Source: an uncultured Bacteroidales bacterium (GTDB lineage Bacteria > Bacteroidota > Bacteroidia > Bacteroidales > FEN-979). From it: 64,000 nucleotides of DNA. Position 1 is the first letter of the stretch. Each line of letters opens with the position of its first letter. Of the stretch, positions 1-8,894 are shown one piece after another. Made by a program: the position numbers and the translations under genes. The notes below the pieces were generated by a model that was given only the letters and a program-made list of their open reading frames with translations, was not told where the DNA came from and ran no database searches. The stretch is taken from assembly GCA_903875045.1 (NCBI GenBank), contig CAIQUS010000187.1:36678-100677 (forward strand), in the 5' to 3' direction.

Positions 1-137
1 CGGTGGTTCAGCTTTTTCAGCAGAGCGACCGTTATAATTTACCAGTGCTGGAGAATGGGAAATATATCGGTTTTATTTCCAGGGCAAACGTTTTTTCCCA
101 ATACAGGGCGTTGTTGAGGAAGTTTTCGGATGATTAA
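1..137 (+). CDS. 3' end of a CDS entering from the left edge; CBS-domain-like C-terminus
   Basis: The frame starting at nt 3 is open and reads VVQLFQQSDRYNLPVLENGKYIGFISRANVFSQYRALLRKFSDD, then TAA at 135-137. 'LPVLENGKYIGFISRANV' resembles a CBS motif. The fragment is too short for a firm call. Confidence 0.35.
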   Translation, partial: VVQLFQQSDRYNLPVLENGKYIGFISRANVFSQYRALLRKFSDD

Positions 138-163
138 TCCCTCCCTTTGCAGGGAGGGATTAA
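134..163. terminator. Perfect 13-bp stem / 4-nt loop hairpin between convergent gene ends
   Basis: ttaatccctccct-ttgc-agggagggattaa lies between the stop at 135-137 (+) and the stop at 174-176 (-). There is no U-tract on either side. Confidence 0.45.
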
Positions 164-173
164 GGGAGGAGTA

Positions 174-3086
174 CTAATACCCAAACACATCCTTTAACTC
201 AAGTGCGTTCACCGGTCCGTAAGTGGAGAGTGTTTTCACATCCAGGTCCGATTTTTTACCAAGCACCAGAATGGTGAAGTTTTTATTCTTAATATACTTC
301 TGCTGAAAAACTTTCAGGTCGGCAAAGGTCATTTTCGGTACCTTCTCAAACACATCCTTGCGGATATCATAGGTAAGACCGAATTTGGTGGCATTGATAT
401 AATTGAATAACACCTGCTCTTTTGTAATGCGTTCCGTTCGGATTTTATTGATAATCGCCTCACGGGATGAGTTCAACGCTTTTTCACTTTCCGGCATATT
501 GTTAAACAAACCTGTCATGGCTTTCATGGCTTCAGGCAGTTTGTCGATTTGTGTTCCAATGTATGAGAAAAGGTAGAAATTCTGGTATGGTTGCTGAGGC
601 GTTCTGTAACCGGCATAAGCACTGTATGCAAGGCCTTTTGACTCACGGATCTCCTGAAAAACGATCGAATTCATGCTGCCTCCGAAATATTCATTGAAAA
701 GGCGTACCACCGGAATAAGCGCTTTGTCGTAACCATCCGATTTGGAAAGCATCACGATTTCAGCCTGCTTCATATCGTAATCGACTGTATACACTTTGGA
801 AACATCTGTTGGCTTCTGTTCAAATTTCAAGCCTGCAGGAACTGGCTTTAATGTTCCAGGCACACGATGTTCTTTATTCAGCAAGGCTGTCAGGTTATTC
901 GTATTCTCCGGCCCGTAATAGAGCACTTTATGCTGATAACCATTCAATCCCTTTATCAGGACAACCAGAGCTTCTGCTTTGAGTGCATCCAGTTCAGCGG
1001 CTGATAAAATATTGGTCGCCGGCGATTTTGGACCATACACGCCATAATTATACATCCCCTGCCATAAAATGGTTTGCTTTGAAAGTTTGTCATCCTCCCT
1101 GCGTTTCTTGATGTCGGCGACTAAATTGTCCACGGCCGGTTTGTTTGGAATGGCATCCGAAAGCAACTGTTCAAAAAGTGCTACCGATTTGGCCATATTT
1201 TCGCTCAATCCCGTCAAAGACACCCAAACCTCCACATCCGAACTGTTCACGTTAAATGAACAGCCAAGTTTATAAAACTCTTCCTGAACCTGTTTGGGTG
1301 AGTATTTTGTTGTTCCCAGGTACTTGAGGTAATCAAGGGCAATACCAAGCTCGCGGTTGCTGTTGGTACCCATATCAAAGATATAGTACAATGAAAAGGT
1401 GCTGTTCTCCGTATTTTCTTTGTACAGAACCGGAATATTATCTTTTATTGTGAACTTTTTAATGTCTTTTGCATAGTCAATAAAAACCGGTTCGATCATT
1501 TTACCTGGTTCTGCCACGATTTTTTTCAGGAAAGCTGACTCTTCATCACGGTTCATGGTTACAGGGGTAATTTGCGGCTTGATGATCTTTGCCGTTTCCT
1601 TCGCCTGGCCATTTCGTTTGTACACGATCACATAATTGTCTCCATAGTTTTTATTGGCAAAATCGATGACATCTTTTTTGGTGATCTTTGAAAGACGGTT
1701 AACATTGTTCACAATCTCAGCATGGGGAATCTCTTTAATAAATTCATCCGCCAATTCCATGGTACGTCCGAAATTACCCTCGTACTTCTTTATTTCGGCG
1801 AGTTTAAGATCATTGATGATGGCAGGAATGAGCCAGTCGGGGAATTCACCCTTTTTAACCAGTTCGATCTGTGACATGATGAGATCTTTCACCTCTTCAA
1901 GCGACTGGTCATTTTTGGCTTTCCCTGAAAAAATATTCACAGAATAATCTTTCAGCACATAGGAAAAAGCGCTGGCTTCCAGCACCTTTTGTGCCTGGTT
2001 GAGATTCAGGTCCATTAAACCGGCACTGCTGTTGCTTAAAACCATGTTGCACACAGTTACAAGGTCAGCATCTTTGGTGTCGGCCCCGCCCAACCTGTAG
2101 CCAATGGTAACGGATTCGGCATCAGGGCCAACAACCACTTTCACAATCGACCTGGTGATCGGAGATTCAACGGCGGGTACATAAGGAGTAACCGGCTTGG
2201 AAACCATTTGTCCGAAAGTTGCATCAACCTGCTTGATTACTTCATCGGGATTGAAATCGCCTGAAAGCACAATGGCCATATTGTTTGGGACATAACGCGA
2301 TGCAAAATAGTTTTTCAGGGAAGTCAGCGAAGGATTTTTTAAATGCTCAACCGTTCCAATTGTTGTTTGGGTGCCATACGTATTCTTCGGAAATAAACCA
2401 GCAAACAAGTCTTCAAAAACCTTGTCATCGTCATTGTCAAGACTCATGTTTTTCTCTTCATACACTGTTTCAAGTTCCGTATGAAACAACCGGAAGATCG
2501 GGTCTTTGAACCGCTCCTGCTCAATTTGCAGCCATTGGCTGATTTTATTGGAGGGGATATCGTTGATGTAAATAGTCTCCTCAAATGAGGTAAAGGCATT
2601 GGTTCCCTTCGCCCCGATTACCGACAAGAGTTTGTCATATTCATTGGCAATGGCAAATGTGGAAGCAATCCCCGACAAGCTGTCAATTTCATGATAGATT
2701 TTTTTTCGCTGAAGCGTATCCAGTGTTTTTTTGTACACCTCAAATTTATATTCAATCTGATCGAGCAACACCCTTTCCTTCACAAAATCTTTGGTTCCAA
2801 AATCATCCGTGCCCTTGAACATCATGTGCTCGAGGTAGTGCGACATTCCGGTATTGTCGGAAGGATCATTTTTGCTCCCTGTTCGCACGGCAATCGCTGT
2901 TTGAATACGCGGTGCGTCTTTGTATACTGTGAGATACACCTTCAGCCCGTTACTCAATGTATAAATCCTGGCCTTGAGCGGATCACCCTTGACCGTGTCG
3001 TATTTATACGATTTCTGCGCCATGGTGCCGAAGGCCATAACGAACAATAATGAAATCATTGTAAATTGTGCAATCGCTTTTTTCAT
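174..3086 (-). CDS. M16 (pitrilysin/insulinase) family zinc peptidase, secreted
   Basis: 970-aa ORF. It has an N-terminal signal peptide (MKKAIAQFTMISLLFVMAFGTMAQ) and the inverted zinc motif HxxEH in 'SHYLEHMMFKGT'. The length fits a tandem M16 active/inactive domain pair. Confidence 0.9.
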   Translation of the reverse strand: MKKAIAQFTMISLLFVMAFGTMAQKSYKYDTVKGDPLKARIYTLSNGLKVYLTVYKDAPRIQTAIAVRTGSKNDPSDNTGMSHYLEHMMFKGTDDFGTKDFVKERVLLDQIEYKFEVYKKTLDTLQRKKIYHEIDSLSGIASTFAIANEYDKLLSVIGAKGTNAFTSFEETIYINDIPSNKISQWLQIEQERFKDPIFRLFHTELETVYEEKNMSLDNDDDKVFEDLFAGLFPKNTYGTQTTIGTVEHLKNPSLTSLKNYFASRYVPNNMAIVLSGDFNPDEVIKQVDATFGQMVSKPVTPYVPAVESPITRSIVKVVVGPDAESVTIGYRLGGADTKDADLVTVCNMVLSNSSAGLMDLNLNQAQKVLEASAFSYVLKDYSVNIFSGKAKNDQSLEEVKDLIMSQIELVKKGEFPDWLIPAIINDLKLAEIKKYEGNFGRTMELADEFIKEIPHAEIVNNVNRLSKITKKDVIDFANKNYGDNYVIVYKRNGQAKETAKIIKPQITPVTMNRDEESAFLKKIVAEPGKMIEPVFIDYAKDIKKFTIKDNIPVLYKENTENSTFSLYYIFDMGTNSNRELGIALDYLKYLGTTKYSPKQVQEEFYKLGCSFNVNSSDVEVWVSLTGLSENMAKSVALFEQLLSDAIPNKPAVDNLVADIKKRREDDKLSKQTILWQGMYNYGVYGPKSPATNILSAAELDALKAEALVVLIKGLNGYQHKVLYYGPENTNNLTALLNKEHRVPGTLKPVPAGLKFEQKPTDVSKVYTVDYDMKQAEIVMLSKSDGYDKALIPVVRLFNEYFGGSMNSIVFQEIRESKGLAYSAYAGYRTPQQPYQNFYLFSYIGTQIDKLPEAMKAMTGLFNNMPESEKALNSSREAIINKIRTERITKEQVLFNYINATKFGLTYDIRKDVFEKVPKMTFADLKVFQQKYIKNKNFTILVLGKKSDLDVKTLSTYGPVNALELKDVFGY

Positions 3087-3213
3087 TGGAATTTGATTAG
3101 GTGGTTTGGAAAATAAGTGGGAAATTTGTGTTGAACTGCAAAGATAGCTAAAACATTCACAACTGGAAAGCAGTTGGTTGTCGCAGTGTTAACCAGTGTA
3201 CAATTATTATTTC

Positions 3214-5328
3214 ATGACGAAAAAAGCACCGGTCCTTTTTGTTTTGTTACTCTATATTGCCATTCCTGTGCAGTCTCAATGGTTTTGGCAAAACCCAAAA
3301 CCACAGGGCAATTCGCTGCTGTCCATTTACTTTATCAGTGCAACGGAGGGTTGGGCATGCGGGAGCAACGGGACCATCATTCATACCAACAACGGAGGTA
3401 TTGGATGGGAACCTCAATCAAGCAACATTCTGGCAACATTGAATTCAGTTTTTTTTATCGATCCGATGAACGGATGGATCGTAGGCAGCTACCCGAATTC
3501 ATGGGAGTTAATACTGAAAACCACTGATGGGGGCAACACCTGGGATAAAGTGCTGGATGCCTCAACCAACACCCCGCTTCGTGATGTCTGGTTTACAGAT
3601 GTCAGCAACGGATGGGTAGTCGGGTCTTCCGGTGAAGTAAAATACTCCACCGACGGAGGATTGACCTGGTGGAATAAACTCATTCCAAATATTCAGAATC
3701 AAAGCCTTGGATCGGTATTCTTCCAGAACAATTTAAAAGGATGGATTGTCGGTTCCAATGGAACCATCCTGAGAACCAATGATGGCGGGCTGTTATGGAC
3801 AGCAGTTGCATCGCCGGTAACCAAATCGCTCAACAGCATTTGTTTTTCCTCAGCCTTAAAGGGGACCATCTGCGGAGATGAAGGAACAATACTTTCAACT
3901 CAGGATGGAGGGGCTAACTGGATTGAAAACGTAAGCGGTACAACCGGAAATCTATCAAAGGTTTCCTTTGCTTCACCCGACACGGGGTTAATAACCGGGT
4001 CTGTGATCCTCCGTTCAGTAGATGGAGGAATGAGCTGGCAGAATGTAAATTCATCCCCGGGGTATATCATCGGGTGTATGCCGGCACCTGACATCGCTTA
4101 CGGAGCCGGGCCAAACGGACATCTTGTAAAGAGTGACAACGGCGGACTTACCTGGTATGATTTGAGTTCCGGAACGAATACGGGTCAGATCAGGGATGCA
4201 TATTTCCTCAACGAAAATAAAGGATGGCTGCTCGAGGATGGCAATAAAATCCTGTTCACCAACAATGGAGGGGATAGCTGGACCGGCATTGATACCACCA
4301 CTTTTTTTTCAGATGCTTTTATTTTTCCCGATAACCTCAACGGATGGGCTGCCGGTACCAGGCAAATTTCACATACGGCAAATGGCGGTCATTCGTGGAA
4401 CATCCAGTTCCAGGATCCTGGGTATACACTTGATTTACGTGACATCTTTTTCACCGATGCAAACCATGGATGGGCTGCCGGAACTGATACCATCGTTCGT
4501 ACAACGAACGGGGGCGCTTATTGGGAAAAACTTCCTGTGGGCCCCATAACCCCTTTCGCAGTGTTCTTTAGTGATCAAAACAGAGGATGGATCGTTGGGG
4601 ATGCCGGTAAAATTATGAAATCAACCGATGGCGGGGTTACCTGGGCCCTCAAACCCAGCGGTACCATCGCCGAACTGCATGATGTAACCTTTTCAGATCC
4701 GAACCATGGATGGGCGGTCGGTTACCGATGGATGGGTGGCTATACCAGTGTGGTACTCCGAACATCGAACGGGGGAGAAACATGGGATTCCCAGGAATTG
4801 CCAGGGGGACAGTGGCTCTATTCTGTTTCCTTTTCCGATTCACTGAATGGATGGATCAGTGGTTCCTATGGTCGCATTTTCCATACGCAGGATGGAGGGA
4901 TCACCTGGTCACAGCAGGCCAATTTAACCGACAGTTACCTCGTTACCATTTGTTTCGTCAATGCAAATACTGGCTGGGCCGCAGGATCTTACGGGACTAT
5001 TTTAAAAACTACAAATGGTGGGATTGTCGGCATTAAACCTCCTGAAATTGTGAGCAGCAAGGGAATTCTGTCAGTTTATCCAAATCCGGTCAGCTCAACA
5101 GGCATTATCCGCTATCAACTTGGACGGCTATCTTTGGTCAGCCTAACCCTGTTTGACATTGCCGGATGCCCGGTTAAAACCATTGTCAACGTAATACAAC
5201 CCAAAGGAAATTATGCAATCGGTCAAGATTTTTATGATCTTCCCCCAGGATTTTACTTCTGCAGAATACAATTCGACGGTTATTCTGAAACGAAAAAAAT
5301 TTGTGTTATCCACCATTCAATAAAATAA
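3214..5328 (+). CDS. BNR/Asp-box repeat beta-propeller protein (Ycf48-like) with T9SS C-terminal sorting domain
   Basis: It has many repeats of the S/TxDGGxTW type (TDGGNTW, TDGGLTW, NDGGLLW, QDGGANW, VDGGMSW, and others). The C-terminus 'SVYPNPVSSTGIIRY...FYFCRIQFDGYSETKKICV' is typical of a Por/T9SS CTD. I chose the ATG at 3214 (MTKKAPVLFVLLLYIAIPVQSQ, a signal peptide) over the track start at 3196. Confidence 0.85.
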   Translation: MTKKAPVLFVLLLYIAIPVQSQWFWQNPKPQGNSLLSIYFISATEGWACGSNGTIIHTNNGGIGWEPQSSNILATLNSVFFIDPMNGWIVGSYPNSWELILKTTDGGNTWDKVLDASTNTPLRDVWFTDVSNGWVVGSSGEVKYSTDGGLTWWNKLIPNIQNQSLGSVFFQNNLKGWIVGSNGTILRTNDGGLLWTAVASPVTKSLNSICFSSALKGTICGDEGTILSTQDGGANWIENVSGTTGNLSKVSFASPDTGLITGSVILRSVDGGMSWQNVNSSPGYIIGCMPAPDIAYGAGPNGHLVKSDNGGLTWYDLSSGTNTGQIRDAYFLNENKGWLLEDGNKILFTNNGGDSWTGIDTTTFFSDAFIFPDNLNGWAAGTRQISHTANGGHSWNIQFQDPGYTLDLRDIFFTDANHGWAAGTDTIVRTTNGGAYWEKLPVGPITPFAVFFSDQNRGWIVGDAGKIMKSTDGGVTWALKPSGTIAELHDVTFSDPNHGWAVGYRWMGGYTSVVLRTSNGGETWDSQELPGGQWLYSVSFSDSLNGWISGSYGRIFHTQDGGITWSQQANLTDSYLVTICFVNANTGWAAGSYGTILKTTNGGIVGIKPPEIVSSKGILSVYPNPVSSTGIIRYQLGRLSLVSLTLFDIAGCPVKTIVNVIQPKGNYAIGQDFYDLPPGFYFCRIQFDGYSETKKICVIHHSIK

Positions 5329-5388
5329 CCCGTCACGCGTCACCCTGTCACCCGTCACCTTGTCACCCCTCATCCGTCACCCGTCACC
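5329..5388. repeat. Tandem 7-8-nt array, core GTCAC(C), about 8 units
   Basis: cccgtcac gcgtcac cctgtcac ccgtcac cttgtcac ccctcat ccgtcac ccgtcac cc fills the entire spacer between the stop at 5326-5328 (+) and the gatD stop at 5389-5391 (-). Confidence 0.9.
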
Positions 5389-6774
5389 CTACTTATGAAA
5401 CTTCCTGATAAACTCTTCCACCTCCGGCACCCCGCCCTGGTAGATGAGGTAACCGTTGTAAGGCTCGCGCGGTGTGATTTCGCTGTTGATAGGCGTTAGC
5501 ATGATCTCTTTTACCCTGGCCAGATCGGAGGTTTGCCCAAGTGCCCAGCTCAGCTTGATAAATGCTGTTTCCGGGAGCATGTTTTCTGCCGGAATGATCC
5601 CCTTGGCCATAAGGTCACGCCCTGTGTCATACACAAACATGTGAACATATCCCCACAAGGTTTGCACCGTCATGTAAATAGCCACACCCTTCGCAATAGC
5701 CCGTTCAATGGCAGGGTAAATAGGCTTGTTCACGTGTCCCAAACCAGTACCGATGATGATGATCCCTTTGTACCCGGCATCAACCAATGCGTCTATCACA
5801 TCCGGCTGCATGTTGGTATAATAGTAGATCATGGTCACCTTTTCTTCATAATAGGGCATGATGGTCACATTCCGGTCGGTCCGCCGCCGTTTGTAATCAT
5901 GTTTGATGGGTACCACACCCTGCCGGCTGACAGTGGCAATGGGGGTATCGCCGATGGTACGAAAGGTAGACCGGTAGGATGAATGCATTTTCCGGACACG
6001 GGTCCCTTTATGCAGAAAACCATATTCATCGGAGGTAGGACCAAACATACAAACCATTACCTCTGCTATATCTCCATGCGCGGCAGCCGTGGCAGCATGC
6101 ATCAGGTTCAGCGCAGCATCGGAACTTGGCCGGTCGGAAGAACGCTGCGACCCGACCAAAATGATGGGAACCGGTGAGTTTTGCACCATGAAAGTCAAGG
6201 CAGCAGATGTGTAATGCAGGGTGTCTGTCCCATGCCCGATAATGATGCCGTCAATCCCCTTTTCAATCTCATGTCCGATAGCGACAGCAAGTTTTTTATA
6301 CTGCTCAGGCCCCATATTTTCACTGAAAACTGCAAACAGTTTTTCAGTCGTCAGGTTGCAGATATCAGCCAACTCCGGAACAGCACCATACAACTCCCCA
6401 GGTGAAAATGCAGGAATCACAGCACCGGTGCGGTAGTCTAGCCGGGAGGCAATGGTGCCTCCTGTCCCCAGCAATTTCACATTCGGCTTATCCTTGGAAT
6501 AGGGAAACTCCTTCTCCGGGATTTTATAAACCGCTTTTTTATAACCTAGTTCAACAATGTCGGTGATGCCATCAATGGCGACACCAATATTATATCCTGT
6601 AAAAATCTTTAAGACCAGGTGCTTATCATCGGTATTTTCGGCCCTTGGCAATATGGTACCTTCAAAAACACCCCGGCTGCTCTCAACCTTGACCTTCGCC
6701 CAAACCCTGGCATTGAATTTTTGTAGTACTGCGAGTGCCCGTCCTTTGTATCCCTGGAAAATATCTTCGCTCAT
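5389..6774 (-). CDS. gatD: Glu-tRNA(Gln) amidotransferase subunit D-like (asparaginase-domain protein, archaeal GatD type)
   Basis: 461 aa. An N-terminal extra domain of about 90 aa precedes a type-I L-asparaginase domain with 'GTGGTIAS' and 'HGTDT' motifs. It lies 30 nt downstream of a GatE-like gene. Confidence 0.75.
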   Translation of the reverse strand: MSEDIFQGYKGRALAVLQKFNARVWAKVKVESSRGVFEGTILPRAENTDDKHLVLKIFTGYNIGVAIDGITDIVELGYKKAVYKIPEKEFPYSKDKPNVKLLGTGGTIASRLDYRTGAVIPAFSPGELYGAVPELADICNLTTEKLFAVFSENMGPEQYKKLAVAIGHEIEKGIDGIIIGHGTDTLHYTSAALTFMVQNSPVPIILVGSQRSSDRPSSDAALNLMHAATAAAHGDIAEVMVCMFGPTSDEYGFLHKGTRVRKMHSSYRSTFRTIGDTPIATVSRQGVVPIKHDYKRRRTDRNVTIMPYYEEKVTMIYYYTNMQPDVIDALVDAGYKGIIIIGTGLGHVNKPIYPAIERAIAKGVAIYMTVQTLWGYVHMFVYDTGRDLMAKGIIPAENMLPETAFIKLSWALGQTSDLARVKEIMLTPINSEITPREPYNGYLIYQGGVPEVEEFIRKFHK

Positions 6775-6783
6775 AATCAGATA

Positions 6784-6815
6784 GTGAGTGTTAAGTGTTA
6801 AGTATTAAGTGTTAA
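6784..6815. repeat. Tandem heptamer array GTGTTAA, about 4.5 units, overlapping the gatE stop codon
   Basis: gtga gtgttaa gtgttaa gtattaa gtgttaa. The last codons and the TAA of gatE (6805-6807) are encoded by the array. Confidence 0.85.
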
Positions 6816-8772
6816 GGCTGATTTTTTGACTGAGTTCTTTGAGGGAAATGTTGCCCGTAGCCAGTTTGTTCAGGTTTCCCATCACCCAGCGCAGCCCGGC
6901 TGAATCATCGTGAGAGGTTCTGATATCCTTATATTTTTTCACAAGGAACGGCACTTTCTCAAGAATTTCCTCTTTGGTCACCTCACGGAAGTTGAGGGTA
7001 ATCAGGATTGACTCGAAATCCATCTTCGGATGTTGGTAAAGATGAAACAGCATTCGTTTTGCAATCGCAATATCCATCTTGCGGTCAACCAGGAATTTGA
7101 GCAATCCGAACACCTGATCAAACGAAAAATCGGGCAAGGGGGGATATTGTCCCTGCAGATGTTTCAATGTATGGGCAAGCAATCCGGAGGTAAACCTCGC
7201 CGGTATATGGAGTTCGGTCTGTGCTTTTTCAAGCAAAGGAACCAGGTTGTTCTTTAATAAGTAGGTATGCGTATCTTCCGGAACATTCCATTCCATCAGT
7301 TGTCCGATGCGCTCTGAAACCAGTTTGGGAAGCCGTTTCACTGCTTCGTCAATATCTGCATCTTCAAGTGGTATGGGTGCCGAATCGGTATCGGGATACA
7401 TACGGTCGGCACCAGGCAGTACTCGTTCGAAAATGGTGGTACCATCTTCAAACGACTTCCTGGTTTCATTCGGCACACCAGTAAAAGCCAACCGGCAGCG
7501 CTCTTCGATTGTTTCAAGGGCTGTTTTAATATCTTCCTCCGGCCCCCAGAAAATCAGCTGGGCATCACCATCCTTGCTACCAAGCAGGGATTGAACTTTT
7601 GTCCATGCCTTTTCGCCCACTACATCCTCAAACATTTCGGAATGTACCATGTTGGGTTTCTCAATGCAGGCAATCACTTTTAACCGGTCGGAGAAATCAT
7701 CGGCAAACATCTTCCCGGGCTGGGTAAAATGCGACAGTATTCCGTGGAAATGTGGCAGGTTCACAAGATACACCTTGAGTGTTGAACTTTTGGGGACTCC
7801 AAGGTTTTCCAGTTTAAAATCTTTCGCTCTTGCTTCCTTAGCAACCATTTTCCAGTTTGCCGGGTCTTTGATCGATTTGTTCAGAATATCTTTGATCGCA
7901 AGCAAAGCCCATTGCCGGTATGCTTCATTATGGGTGAGCTCCGGCATCCAGTTGTTGTGGGCAACACCTTTGATTTCAACACGGGTCCCGCCTTTGCAAC
8001 TCACATTCACATCGGCACGGGTAGAACCAATGCCACTTCTGACCTTCCCTGTACTGCGATTCAGAAACCTGATGTAGTCAGCGCCCTCTTTCACTTCATC
8101 CGGATTTTTAAACTCAGGATAGGTAACTGTTTCAATGAGCGGCATACCCAGGCGGTCGGTTCTGTAAATGCGTACATGGCCGATGTCGGACACTTCCCTG
8201 CAGGAATCCTCCTCCAGGCTAAGCTGAATGAGGCGAACTGTTTTATGTTTCAACTGAATCTCCCCTTCAATCCCTATGATGGCAGTTCGCTGAAAACCTG
8301 TAGGGATGGAACCATCAAGGTATTGTTTCCGGGTGATGTGCACCTCCCCTACCACTTTCAATTTCGACAGCAGTGAAATATCGATGGCATGTGATAGCGC
8401 TTCCCTGTTGAGTGGGAATGGCGGGGTATCATCCACATCGTATGTGCAAGCCGTCTCATTTTTGATGCGGTAAATGATATTTTTTCTCGTCCTGAATTCC
8501 ATCAGTGCAGTGCCATCATACTCTCCGAGTTCGCTCAAAGTCGGTCGCATGTGCCGGATCAGTTCGGCATCAAAATCATCTGCTTTCTGAAAAATTCCGG
8601 CAGGACAATGGCAGAAAAGCTTTTCTTTGGTCTTTAATTGCTGGTGAACTTCAAGTCCCGACATAAAACCTATGCGGTCATAGTCAGCCTGGGTGGCATT
8701 TTTTCTAGGGACATATCCAATTTTTTGCTGTGTTTCGGCATGGTTGCGCCTGGCATCGAAAATATGTTTCAT
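6805..8772 (-). CDS. gatE: Glu-tRNA(Gln) amidotransferase subunit E-like (archaeal GatE type)
   Basis: 655 aa. The N-terminus 'GFMSGLEVHQQLKTKEKLFCHCPAG' matches the GatB/GatE signature. The length and the inserted domain fit GatE rather than GatB (about 480 aa). It has a C-terminal YqeY/GatB-like tail and is paired with a GatD-like gene. Confidence 0.75.
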   Translation of the reverse strand: MKHIFDARRNHAETQQKIGYVPRKNATQADYDRIGFMSGLEVHQQLKTKEKLFCHCPAGIFQKADDFDAELIRHMRPTLSELGEYDGTALMEFRTRKNIIYRIKNETACTYDVDDTPPFPLNREALSHAIDISLLSKLKVVGEVHITRKQYLDGSIPTGFQRTAIIGIEGEIQLKHKTVRLIQLSLEEDSCREVSDIGHVRIYRTDRLGMPLIETVTYPEFKNPDEVKEGADYIRFLNRSTGKVRSGIGSTRADVNVSCKGGTRVEIKGVAHNNWMPELTHNEAYRQWALLAIKDILNKSIKDPANWKMVAKEARAKDFKLENLGVPKSSTLKVYLVNLPHFHGILSHFTQPGKMFADDFSDRLKVIACIEKPNMVHSEMFEDVVGEKAWTKVQSLLGSKDGDAQLIFWGPEEDIKTALETIEERCRLAFTGVPNETRKSFEDGTTIFERVLPGADRMYPDTDSAPIPLEDADIDEAVKRLPKLVSERIGQLMEWNVPEDTHTYLLKNNLVPLLEKAQTELHIPARFTSGLLAHTLKHLQGQYPPLPDFSFDQVFGLLKFLVDRKMDIAIAKRMLFHLYQHPKMDFESILITLNFREVTKEEILEKVPFLVKKYKDIRTSHDDSAGLRWVMGNLNKLATGNISLKELSQKISLNT

Positions 8773-8894
8773 TTTATCAGCGGAAATAGTTTAATGAGTG
8801 CTCAAATTTACCCATTTTGTGAATAGCATGGTTGAATTGTTCATTAATTTTGGTAACATTGACTTTAGTATCTTTGCAATTCCATTCGGGATCC

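Noticed and set aside
1069-3050. These are the plus-strand ORFs inside the M16 peptidase gene (1069-1275, 1654-1947, 2285-2509, 2691-3050). Comparable nested or antisense ORFs occur throughout: inside gatD/gatE, hutU (19297-19824, 19619-19999, 20157-20462), the ars island, and the giant genes (52033-60441).
   Set aside because: Each overlaps a long ORF with clear family motifs. They have low-complexity or unrecognisable sequence and no start context. They are typical shadow ORFs.
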